From NCBI GenBank assembly GCA_016839765.1, contig JAEOTP010000088.1, positions 1 through 45,807 of the forward strand: DNA of 45,807 bases. Direction: 5' to 3'. Positions within the stretch are counted from its first letter, which is position 1, and each line of letters starts with the position of its first letter. The DNA comes from Promethearchaeota archaeon (GTDB taxonomy: Archaea; Asgardarchaeota; Lokiarchaeia; Sigyniarchaeales; SOKP01). Position numbers and translations under genes: made by a program. Shown piece after piece: positions 37,728 to 45,807 of this stretch. A model generated the notes under the pieces. It was not told the origin of the DNA and searched no databases. It worked only from the letters and a program-made list of their open reading frames with translations.

Positions 37728-38354
37728 TTAATCAAAAACTTTCCCACAATTACTACAAAAATTGGAAAAGACTGGCAGTTCTGTTCCACATTCAGGACAA
37801 AACTTCTTTTCTAAAGGCTCTGTTGTCTCAGTCTCTTCCACTTCTTCAACTTTAACTTCTTCCTCAGGTAATTCTTCCTCTTCCTCAACTTTCTTTGGTT
37901 TTACCCTTCTTACAAGTGCTCGTCCTATTATGGCAATAACCACTCCACCAAATCCTAACCCTGAACCATAGGTGAATCGATCATAAAGTTCATTTAAAAA
38001 AGCTACTATAGTAGGATCGGTGATCACTCCTGTAAGACGAACTATCTGAGTAGTTATCCAAATAATTAGTGCTAATGTTCCAAAAGCTAAACCAATCCAA
38101 ATAATAAATTTCCCTAGTCTTACTTGGCCGATTACTACTAGAATTGCTCCAGCAATTACAGCAACTCCTCCTAAATTCGCTATCCACCTAAAAATTACGT
38201 TCACAATTACATTGAAAATAGGTTCGTAGTCTGGCCATTCAGTCGCAACTATATTATAAAGTGTTTCAAATATTTGAATACTTCCTTCCACAGCGCTAAT
38301 GATCATTAATGTTCCACCAATTATCAATAAAATAAATCCTGTTTTGTGCTTCAT
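37728..38354 (-). CDS. Membrane protein with acidic linker and C-terminal zinc ribbon
   Basis: 4 TM; FCPECG...FCSNCG. Confidence 0.75.
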   Translation of the reverse strand: MKHKTGFILLIIGGTLMIISAVEGSIQIFETLYNIVATEWPDYEPIFNVIVNVIFRWIANLGGVAVIAGAILVVIGQVRLGKFIIWIGLAFGTLALIIWITTQIVRLTGVITDPTIVAFLNELYDRFTYGSGLGFGGVVIAIIGRALVRRVKPKKVEEEEELPEEEVKVEEVEETETTEPLEKKFCPECGTELPVFSNFCSNCGKVFD

Positions 38355-38493
38355 AAAATTTCTTCCTCACTTAACTTTATATCATTAAAGTGACCTAAAA
38401 CAATTATTACCTATAATTGTTTACAATATTTTTTAAAATTTACATAATTATTTGATTATTCAGTTTGTTAAAAAAGTAATCGTTGGGTCAAAA

Positions 38494-39318
38494 TCAAGTT
38501 AAAGTAATTCGATTAGGATGTGTATAGATATTCATTCTTTTCCCTCTAACAAATCCTATTAAAGTAATACCATAAGCGAATGCTAATCTTATACCAGATT
38601 CGATAGGTGCGGATAATGAAGCAACTATTGGAATCCTTGCCCTAATTGCTTTTAAAATTGAGTCTCCTGTTAATCTACCAGTAGAGGTTAAAAAAACATT
38701 CTCAAAATCATGGTTCTTTATTAAAATTTCACCAATAACTTTATCTATTGCATTATGTCTTCCAATATCCTCTTTTACACTAATTAAATTCCCATCATAA
38801 TCAAAAATTGCAGCCCCATGACACCCCCCGGTTTCTTTAAATAATTTAGTTTGACTCTGCATTTTAATAATAGATGAAAAGATTATTTCAGAAGAAATCT
38901 GGTTGATTTTATTGGAGGTAATCGCCTCTTTTGACTCATGAATTTTTTCTTTAATAAATTTCCGCCATGGTGAAGGAATTCCACAAGTAGTATCAATTAC
39001 TCTACTTACTGGATTCATATCAAAATCATTTAATTTAAAGTCTATTGAATCAACTAAATCAATATAAATATTTCCTTCTATCTCATCGACCTTAATTTGC
39101 TTAATTTCTTCATAATTATTAATAATTCCTATAGAATAAGTAAAACCAACAGCTAATTCCTTTAAGCTATCGGGTAAACAAACAATATTGACTAAAGGCT
39201 CAGAGTTTATAAAAATATCAACGGGATTTTCTATTAAAATAATATCAAAATCTTCTGAGATTTCGCTCTTTTTAATTCTTGTAATATTTACTTTTCTTTT
39301 AAACAAAATAAAAACCAA
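38494..39318 (-). CDS. fdhD: Formate dehydrogenase accessory sulfurtransferase FdhD
   Basis: ELAVGF, TCG, FKETGGCHGAA, EDIGRHNAIDKVIG, TGRL, LIGFVRG..MNIYTHP. Confidence 0.95.
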   Translation of the reverse strand: MVFILFKRKVNITRIKKSEISEDFDIILIENPVDIFINSEPLVNIVCLPDSLKELAVGFTYSIGIINNYEEIKQIKVDEIEGNIYIDLVDSIDFKLNDFDMNPVSRVIDTTCGIPSPWRKFIKEKIHESKEAITSNKINQISSEIIFSSIIKMQSQTKLFKETGGCHGAAIFDYDGNLISVKEDIGRHNAIDKVIGEILIKNHDFENVFLTSTGRLTGDSILKAIRARIPIVASLSAPIESGIRLAFAYGITLIGFVRGKRMNIYTHPNRITLT

Positions 39319-39434
39319 ACAATTCTATTTTTGATTACAAAATATTGAGTAGAGCTTATTAAATAAAGAAATTTCTATTCTAACTTATAAGATTTTTTTT
39401 AAAAAGAGTACCAGATAAAAAATAACATTAGTAT

Positions 39435-40286
39435 TTAAGCAGCAATATACAGTCTTCCATTAGAACTATTTGATATTTCTCCAGTTTTTTTATCAATTTT
39501 AGAATGATTTTTTGCTACAGAGTGGTCACCACTATATTCAATATATTTTCCCGTAATTTTTTCCCCATTTGGTAATTCAATTTCGTTTACTTCTCCAATT
39601 TTCTTAAAAGAGGGCAAAAGTCTTGATATTTTACCTTTAATTACAATTGTTCCTCTTACTTGGTCCGCCCCAGCACATCGATCACTGTCTCCTTCAACAA
39701 TTATTATTCCACCATGACTATGGATACCCAAAAATGCTCCTGCGCTACCACAGATCAATTTTGGAAACCTGTTTCCAGGTTTAGATCCATTAACCCATGC
39801 TAATGTTTCATTTCCTACTTTTCCTTTTACTTTTATTGTTCCATTTTTCATTCCCTGCCAGAACCCTCTATATGCGGCTCCTACATAATGACCAGCATCT
39901 CCATTTATTTCTAATTCTCCTCCTTGAAGCATCGCACCTGCCCAATCATCAGCATTTCCATTAACAGTAATTTTTCCACCGTTCATCTGATTTCCAACAT
40001 GCATTCCCACATTGCCATTTACAACTATTTCTCCACCACTCATTTTCTCTCCAATACGTTTCACATTTGACAGATCCCCCTCAATGATAATTTTCGTATC
40101 ATTAATATCAGTTGATTTTCCTGATATATCAAAAAAATCACCTAATTTGACTACTTCTTTCCCATGGTATATTGCCAATTTTTTTATCTCTGCTATAGTT
40201 TTGCCAACTAAGTTGTCTGGTGTTATGATATCTGCTTCTAAGGGAAGTTCTGGTTTCTTTTTTAATTTTAACTTGATTTCTGCCAT
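39435..40286 (-). CDS. fwdC: Formylmethanofuran dehydrogenase subunit C
   Basis: PLEADIITPD, GXGXG beta-helix repeats, GAAYRGFWQGM. Confidence 0.93.
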   Translation of the reverse strand: MAEIKLKLKKKPELPLEADIITPDNLVGKTIAEIKKLAIYHGKEVVKLGDFFDISGKSTDINDTKIIIEGDLSNVKRIGEKMSGGEIVVNGNVGMHVGNQMNGGKITVNGNADDWAGAMLQGGELEINGDAGHYVGAAYRGFWQGMKNGTIKVKGKVGNETLAWVNGSKPGNRFPKLICGSAGAFLGIHSHGGIIIVEGDSDRCAGADQVRGTIVIKGKISRLLPSFKKIGEVNEIELPNGEKITGKYIEYSGDHSVAKNHSKIDKKTGEISNSSNGRLYIAA

Positions 40287-40289
40287 GAT

Positions 40290-41618
40290 TTACTCACCAA
40301 GCTTTTCTTTTACTTTAATAATTAATTTTTCTAATATTTCTTTATCAGAAATACACTCACCTGGAGCATTTTTTACTTTTCTTAGTCTTAGAGGGACACT
40401 ATCCATACGATAAGCTGTACCTTCACATTCTATTCCCGCAAATGCAGCGGGTAAAACTACATCTGCAAATGCGGAAGTAGGTGTTTCATGAGGGTCAATA
40501 GAAATCAAAGGATGTTTAAATAAGTTTTTTACTGCAGCAGCAGGGAAATTACTTGCAGGATCAGAAGCTACAATCAATGAAGAATCAACTTCATCTTTAA
40601 TAAGTAAATCAACTGAGGAAAATTCTCCTGGATTATATCTGGGATAACCTCTAGAAAAGTCAATAGAATAAGCATATCCAGTATTCCATGTAAAAACTTG
40701 ATTTGCTCCGGTAACATTATAATGTCCTCGCATTGGTTCTAATAGAAATTTTGTATGATCATTTAATTCTCTTGTCAAACAAATAGCCGCATCAATATTT
40801 CTGTGATGAGCTAAAGTTTGAGTTAAACCCATTCCAAAAAATATAACTCCAAAATTACATAATTTCAACATGTCAACTAATTCTCTTATCTTCTCAATGG
40901 ATACTCCCGAAACTTCCTTTACATCTAATTCAACGCCTCTAAGCACCGCTCTTATCGCATTTATTAATTCATAATCTTCATTAGGTTTAACTTGAATAAA
41001 TAGATCAGCAATTTGAGCAGTATGAGTATTCCTTGGATCAACAACTATAATAAATCTGTCGTTTCTTCCGTCTTTTCTGAAATACCCCCTAACAAATTCA
41101 CTATACCTCCCTAAATGCCTTGGATGGGCATGAACTGGATTACTCCCCCAAAAGATTACTAAATCTGCTCTATTTTTATACTCTCCTAGTGTAGATAAAG
41201 GAGCGCCTACATCTTGTATTGCTAATAATGAAGGACCGTGGCAAACTGAGGCAGTATTATCTAAAATAGCCCCTAAGATTTCTGCTAATTCAACTCCTTT
41301 ACTCTGTGCTTCACATTCCGTTGATGAGAATCCATACAGTAGTGGTCGTTTTGCTTTTACTAAAATATCTGCTGCCGCATCTATCGCCTCATCCCAAGAA
41401 ACTTCTTTATGTTCTCCATTTGTTTTTATTCTTGGTTTTAAATATCTGTGACCACTAGGATTTGAAGAGAAAAATTTTTTTGTTCCAATTTGACAACCAT
41501 TTCTAACTTCTATAACTGAATCTTCTTTAATATCAATATCTACTTCAAGATCGTCGCAAAGCGTGCCACAAAAGGGGCAAACTACATCATAAATCGTTTT
41601 TATTTTTCTTTCTACCAT
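40290..41618 (-). CDS. fwdB: Formylmethanofuran dehydrogenase subunit B (Cys-ligated Mo/W-bis-PGD)
   Basis: CPFCGTLCDD, DNTASVCHGPS, NRADLVIFWGSNPVHAHPRH, MRGHYNV, GTAYRMD. Confidence 0.95.
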   Translation of the reverse strand: MVERKIKTIYDVVCPFCGTLCDDLEVDIDIKEDSVIEVRNGCQIGTKKFFSSNPSGHRYLKPRIKTNGEHKEVSWDEAIDAAADILVKAKRPLLYGFSSTECEAQSKGVELAEILGAILDNTASVCHGPSLLAIQDVGAPLSTLGEYKNRADLVIFWGSNPVHAHPRHLGRYSEFVRGYFRKDGRNDRFIIVVDPRNTHTAQIADLFIQVKPNEDYELINAIRAVLRGVELDVKEVSGVSIEKIRELVDMLKLCNFGVIFFGMGLTQTLAHHRNIDAAICLTRELNDHTKFLLEPMRGHYNVTGANQVFTWNTGYAYSIDFSRGYPRYNPGEFSSVDLLIKDEVDSSLIVASDPASNFPAAAVKNLFKHPLISIDPHETPTSAFADVVLPAAFAGIECEGTAYRMDSVPLRLRKVKNAPGECISDKEILEKLIIKVKEKLGE

Positions 41619-41621
41619 CTA

Positions 41622-42017
41622 TTATGCCTCTCGTAATCGTTTCATTAATTCTAATGCATCTAACACCCTTCCACTCCTCATAACCTCAACCTTAGCTTTC
41701 ATTCCCTTATAAGTAGGAGTTCCACAAGCTTGGGAATCAGGATTAACTAATTGATTTGCCCAAGGGCCCATTGGAATGAAAATTATGCCCGGATGTGGCC
41801 CTTCTTCCGAAATGGTAGAATAAACTACCACTTCACCATGATCGGTAATAACCTTAACTGGTGTACCCACCAAACAATCTAATTTTTTGAAATCATCTTT
41901 ATCAAAAGTACAGATGGCTGCTGCTCGAACGTTTTCCTTTGTAGTTTTCCCGCCTTCAAGTGCTACTCCTTGATTAATTGTCCTTCCAGTTAATAAAATT
42001 AAATTATTTAAACTCAT
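41622..42017 (-). CDS. fwdD: Formylmethanofuran dehydrogenase subunit D
   Basis: LTGRTINQG, IFIPMGPWAN, GTPTYKG. Confidence 0.93.
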   Translation of the reverse strand: MSLNNLILLTGRTINQGVALEGGKTTKENVRAAAICTFDKDDFKKLDCLVGTPVKVITDHGEVVVYSTISEEGPHPGIIFIPMGPWANQLVNPDSQACGTPTYKGMKAKVEVMRSGRVLDALELMKRLREA

Positions 42018-42739
42018 TCTTGTTTCTCCTCTTTTTCACTCCGTCTTAAAGTCTTTAATCTTTCTAATAAAGGTTCCCAAAACATTTCGCTGAATTCCCC
42101 AGATGTTTTAGCATCAGTAATTTCCAATTTTACTGCACCCGTAGGACATCCATTATCACATGCTCCGCAAAAAATACATTTTTCTTCATCAACAACTACG
42201 TTTGGAACTGTTTCCCAGCCCTTATCAGATTTTTCCGGAATTGTTATTGCTCCAGATGGACATACTTCGTAGCATGTTTGACATCCGCCAGGACATTCTT
42301 CATCGACAATACTTATTTTACCATCTGTATATTGTTTAGCAACCCTTTCAGTTCCATTGTAGCTAGTAATCTTTTTAGCTTCAAATTCTAGTTTTGGAAC
42401 AACATGTTCTTTTACAATTTGAATTTCTTCTTGCTCAATTACATTGCCATCTTTTTTTATAGTTAGAGCACTAAAAGGGCACATATAGACACAAGTTCCA
42501 CAAAATACACATTTTTTTGGATCATATACTTCTGGTATAATATCTTCGAGTGTAGGAAATCTACGTGATGTTCCCACCGGACCTCTTGAAATTGCATCTT
42601 TTGGACAAACACGAGCACAAGTTCCGCAGCCAACACATTTAGTTTTATCTAAAATTAATTCTAAACTTTCAGTTAAGAATTGAACTTTTACATGTTCAAT
42701 CTCTTTACTAATTGATCTTGATATTTTTGGAAATGAAAT
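42014..42739 (-). CDS. Polyferredoxin (four 4Fe-4S motifs), FwdF-like; proposed ATT start at 42739
   Basis: Frame is open 54 codons upstream of the GTG at 42577 and adds CVGCGTCARVCP; GAGGTG lies 6 nt before ATT. Confidence 0.8.
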   Translation of the reverse strand: MSFPKISRSISKEIEHVKVQFLTESLELILDKTKCVGCGTCARVCPKDAISRGPVGTSRRFPTLEDIIPEVYDPKKCVFCGTCVYMCPFSALTIKKDGNVIEQEEIQIVKEHVVPKLEFEAKKITSYNGTERVAKQYTDGKISIVDEECPGGCQTCYEVCPSGAITIPEKSDKGWETVPNVVVDEEKCIFCGACDNGCPTGAVKLEITDAKTSGEFSEMFWEPLLERLKTLRRSEKEEKQE

Positions 42740-42749
42740 TTTCTACACC

Positions 42750-43007
42750 TCATTCAACTTCTAAAAATTCTAATTTGATAGCATTTGCAGGGCAAAATTT
42801 AATACAAACGCCACATCCGTCACAATTATAGGTTCTATTACCATTATAGATATCATAAGCCATCCCATTTTTGACTAAAATCACAGCATTCTCTTTGGTT
42901 AAATAACCCATTTGCTTTAATTGATTAAAATTTATAGGACATGAAGTTACACAGATATTACATCCTATACAGTCGTTTTTATTTATTTTTAATCGATAAA
43001 CTTGCAT
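42750..43007 (-). CDS. 2x[4Fe-4S] ferredoxin (FwdG-like)
   Basis: CIGCNICVTSCP and CDGCGVCIKFCP; first gene of the fwd cluster. Confidence 0.88.
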   Translation of the reverse strand: MQVYRLKINKNDCIGCNICVTSCPINFNQLKQMGYLTKENAVILVKNGMAYDIYNGNRTYNCDGCGVCIKFCPANAIKLEFLEVE

Positions 43008-43260
43008 AATTTATGCCTCTTTTCTGATAGGATTTGCCATTTTCTTAATTTTTTGACACACCAGTTATAATATCCTATGGAAAATATGTATTAAACTTAA
43101 TTTTTAGAAAGTACTGTATTTTAAAAAATTTAGTATATCAAATATTAAGTCGTAGATTTTAAAATCACTTCATTAATCAAAAAAACAACATATTATTTTA
43201 AAAATTTTTATTGAATGAAAATTTCATGTAAACGTCTTCCTAAAGATAGGATTAATGATT

Positions 43261-43509
43261 TTAGAAGCTAGGAGTTTTTAGATTTAAAATTTGATGCTTG
43301 GGTGGGTTAAAAATCCATTCATTTTTACATTTTTTAGAACAAAAATAATGCTTTGCAGGTTCTTGAGTGATATTTATAAAGACAAACTTATAAGGTCTAT
43401 CATAATTTCTCTGATACTGCTTTACTCGTTTTCCACATGATTCACAGCTTCTTTTCAAGAGAATCATACTTTCATTTACTTTTTCTGCGGACTCATTAAA
43501 CAATTTCAT
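43261..43509 (-). CDS. Small TRASH/MYM-like zinc-binding protein
   Basis: CESCGK ... HYFCSKKCKNEW. Confidence 0.6.
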   Translation of the reverse strand: MKLFNESAEKVNESMILLKRSCESCGKRVKQYQRNYDRPYKFVFINITQEPAKHYFCSKKCKNEWIFNPPKHQILNLKTPSF

Positions 43510-43748
43510 TTTTTTGAATTTCTAATCTTTTCCATTTTATCTTCTTTTACTCTTAATAGAATTCTAGTTTACCTATAAAATTATTGTTTCTGTTTATAAT
43601 AAATAAGAAAATGAATTAATTACATAAGCTTTCAAAATTTTGAAATTAAAAATTATAAAACATATATTTAAATAATTTACGGCAAAATCAAAAATTAAGT
43701 TAAATAATAGCTATTTTTGAACAAATATTAATTGGGGGTAAAATTAAA

Positions 43749-45404
43749 ATGGTTTATGATGTATTTACGTTTCTTGTTGGAGGTAAAGCTGGAGAAGGTG
43801 TAAAAAAAGCTGGTTCTGTTGCCGCGCATGTTTTTTCAAGCATGGGTCGCCATGTGTTCCAAATGGACGATTATATGAGTTTAATTAGGGGTGGTCATAA
43901 CTTTTCGGTTATAAGTAGTGCTATCGTACCAGTTACCAGTCAGTATTCAAAAGCTAATGTTTCAGTAAATTTTGATAAAATAAGCTATGACAAACACAGT
44001 AATGATTTAATCAATAATGGTTTAATGATCTACAATTCAGATGATATTGAACATGTGCAAGGTATTGGAATTCCTTTAAGTTCAGAGGCAAAAAAGTATC
44101 CATTAAAGAATTTAATGTTTGGAGTGGGTGCTGTTGCAGTATTATCTGCCGCGATAGGGTTTGATAAAAAAAGAATGAACCAAATCATAAGAGATGAATA
44201 TCCTAGGGGCATTGAAGATAATATTGCTTATGCAGATACAATCTATGATATGATTTATCCAACGTGTTATAATAAATTTTCATTAATTAAGGGAGATATA
44301 AAAAGACCAATAGCTTCTGGAAATGAAGCGATTAGTTTCGGAGCGATCGCAGGAGGTTTAGATATATATTATGCATATCCAATGACTCCTGCATCATCTA
44401 TCTTACACTTTTTAGCTAGTCATGCTGAAGATTTTGGTCTAGCAGTTGTTCACCCGGAAAGTGAAATTGCTGTGATTAATATGGCATTAGGGTCTGCCTT
44501 TGCTGGAGCAAAATCAATGGTTGGAACTAGTGGTGGAGGGTTTGCTCTTATGGCTGAAGGAATCTCATTGGCAGGTATTACTGAAACTCCTATAGTGATA
44601 GTTTTATCGATGAGACCTGGTCCAGCAACGGGAGTTGCGACATATACAGAACAAGGAGATTTAGGTTTTGCCCTTAATGTGGGTCATGGAGAATTTTTAC
44701 GGATTGTTGCCTCTCCTGGAACTATTGAGGAAGCCTTTTATTTGACTTCTGAAATGTTAGACTTAGTATGGAAATTTCAAACTCCAGGTATTTTATTAAC
44801 AGAAAAACATTTATCTGAAAGTAGTATGACTGTTGATCTTGATATTCGGAAGGCTAAATGGGCACAACCAAAAGCTCATGAAGGTGGAAATTATTTTCGA
44901 TATCTAGATACAGATGATGGAATTTCTCCACTTTTATTTCCACCTAATAAAGAAATAATTAAATATAATTCCTGTGAACATGATGAGTTGGGAATAACAA
45001 CCGAGGAACCAGAAATAATTGAAAAAATGCATAATAAAAGAAAAAAGAAAGTCGATGCGCTCATTAATCACTTAAAAATTCTAAATACGGTTAATATCTA
45101 TGGTTCGGGAAAACCTTTTATATTTACATATGGTTCAACAACAATGAGTGTACTTGAAGCATTAAGATATGGAAAAGTAAATGCTACTGTAATTCAACCA
45201 ATCTATTTAAATCCATTACCTGTGTGGATTCTTAGTGAGTATAAAGAAGAACGATCTATAGTGGTAGAAATGAGCTCAATGGGACAATTTTCTCATTTGC
45301 TTCAAGAAAAGGTTGGAATTAACTTCTATTCAGAAATCAGGAAATACGATGGAAGGCCATTTGATCCAATAGAATTATCCAATAAACTCATGGAGGTTAT
45401 ATAA
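43749..45404 (+). CDS. 2-oxoacid:ferredoxin oxidoreductase alpha subunit (gamma-alpha fusion, KorA-like)
   Basis: GGKAGEG, IRGGHN, GNEA, YPMTPASS, ESEIA, TSGGGF, RPGPATG. Confidence 0.93.
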   Translation: MVYDVFTFLVGGKAGEGVKKAGSVAAHVFSSMGRHVFQMDDYMSLIRGGHNFSVISSAIVPVTSQYSKANVSVNFDKISYDKHSNDLINNGLMIYNSDDIEHVQGIGIPLSSEAKKYPLKNLMFGVGAVAVLSAAIGFDKKRMNQIIRDEYPRGIEDNIAYADTIYDMIYPTCYNKFSLIKGDIKRPIASGNEAISFGAIAGGLDIYYAYPMTPASSILHFLASHAEDFGLAVVHPESEIAVINMALGSAFAGAKSMVGTSGGGFALMAEGISLAGITETPIVIVLSMRPGPATGVATYTEQGDLGFALNVGHGEFLRIVASPGTIEEAFYLTSEMLDLVWKFQTPGILLTEKHLSESSMTVDLDIRKAKWAQPKAHEGGNYFRYLDTDDGISPLLFPPNKEIIKYNSCEHDELGITTEEPEIIEKMHNKRKKKVDALINHLKILNTVNIYGSGKPFIFTYGSTTMSVLEALRYGKVNATVIQPIYLNPLPVWILSEYKEERSIVVEMSSMGQFSHLLQEKVGINFYSEIRKYDGRPFDPIELSNKLMEVI

Positions 45405-45406
45405 TA

Positions 45407-45807
45407 ATGGAAAGCTTAAAAACTAATGCTTCAATCACATGGTGTGCAGGATGCGGCAATTTTGCAATACTTACTGCTGTTAGAAAAGCAATCTTACAAC
45501 TTGAAGAAAAAGGATTGAAAAGAGAAAATATTTGTATATCTGCTGGTATTGGATGCCATGCAAAGATATTTGATTATTTAAATCTAAGTGGTTTATATTC
45601 ATTACATGGCAGAGACATAGCTACAGTACAAGGAATGAAACTTGCTAATCCTGATTTGAGAGTCATAACGTTTTCAGGAGATGGGAATGCTTTAGGGGAA
45701 GGATTAGCTCATACGATGTTTGCCGCTAAAAGAAATCAAGATATGACATTAATTTTGCATAATAATGGTGTTTATGCTCTCACTACAGGACAATTTACCC
45801 CCTTGAG
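45407..45807 (+). CDS. 2-oxoacid:ferredoxin oxidoreductase beta subunit (partial, runs off the window)
   Basis: Manual translation MESLKTNASITWCAGCGNF...GIGCHAK...LHGR...SGDGNALGEG...NNGVYALTTGQFTP (TPP-binding motif). Confidence 0.93.
   Translation, partial: MESLKTNASITWCAGCGNFAILTAVRKAILQLEEKGLKRENICISAGIGCHAKIFDYLNLSGLYSLHGRDIATVQGMKLANPDLRVITFSGDGNALGEGLAHTMFAAKRNQDMTLILHNNGVYALTTGQFTPL

Noticed and set aside
40290-41618. Possible selenocysteine in FwdB
   Set aside because: The ligand position is a normal Cys (SVCHGP); no in-frame TGA
43011-43040. 9-codon minus-strand uORF (MANPIRKEA) just before the ferredoxin gene
   Set aside because: Too short to distinguish from chance; it merely spans the ribosome-binding motif
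597-44212. Many short antisense or overlapping ORFs (e.g. 597..788, 1551..1820, 9281..9568, 14142..14444, 40012..40413, 44030..44212)
   Set aside because: They overlap well-supported genes and have no motifs; typical shadow ORFs
1-45807. CRISPR arrays, tRNA/rRNA genes, transposases, integrases
   Set aside because: No regularly spaced repeats, GC-rich structured RNA segments or mobile-element motifs seen by eye

Overview
Very AT-rich archaeal window, most consistent with an Asgard (Lokiarchaeia-like) genome. This is inferred from gene content: a small GTPase fusion, a ubiquitin-like protein ending in GG, a membrane protein with a C4C4 RING-like finger, fwd/hdrB genes and GGTG/GAGG ribosome-binding motifs. 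Left part: a secreted beta-helix protein, then two tandem copies of a convergent module (orphan membrane-anchored DppA/OppA-like binding protein plus a ~330 aa anchored protein) that share a conserved 61-bp upstream element. This is followed by a cluster of eukaryote-like proteins. Middle (12.4-27.5 kb): six genes encoding eight '2 TM + left-handed beta-helix' units of three types (A, B, C), found both fused (A-B) and split (A, B, C). They resemble the terminal domains of Pls/PosA-type synthetases and flank a stand-alone GH3/ANL-like adenylating enzyme. This is the best candidate for an undescribed system. A peroxiredoxin-like gene with an in-frame TGA at the redox position (probable selenoprotein) was missed by the ORF track. 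Right part: class II RNR with an ATP-cone, tRNA methylthiotransferase, haloalkane dehalogenase, hdrB, fdhD, an fwd operon lacking fwdA whose polyferredoxin seems to start at ATT, and a 2-oxoacid:ferredoxin oxidoreductase (beta subunit cut by the window edge). No rRNA, tRNA, CRISPR array or mobile element was recognised.
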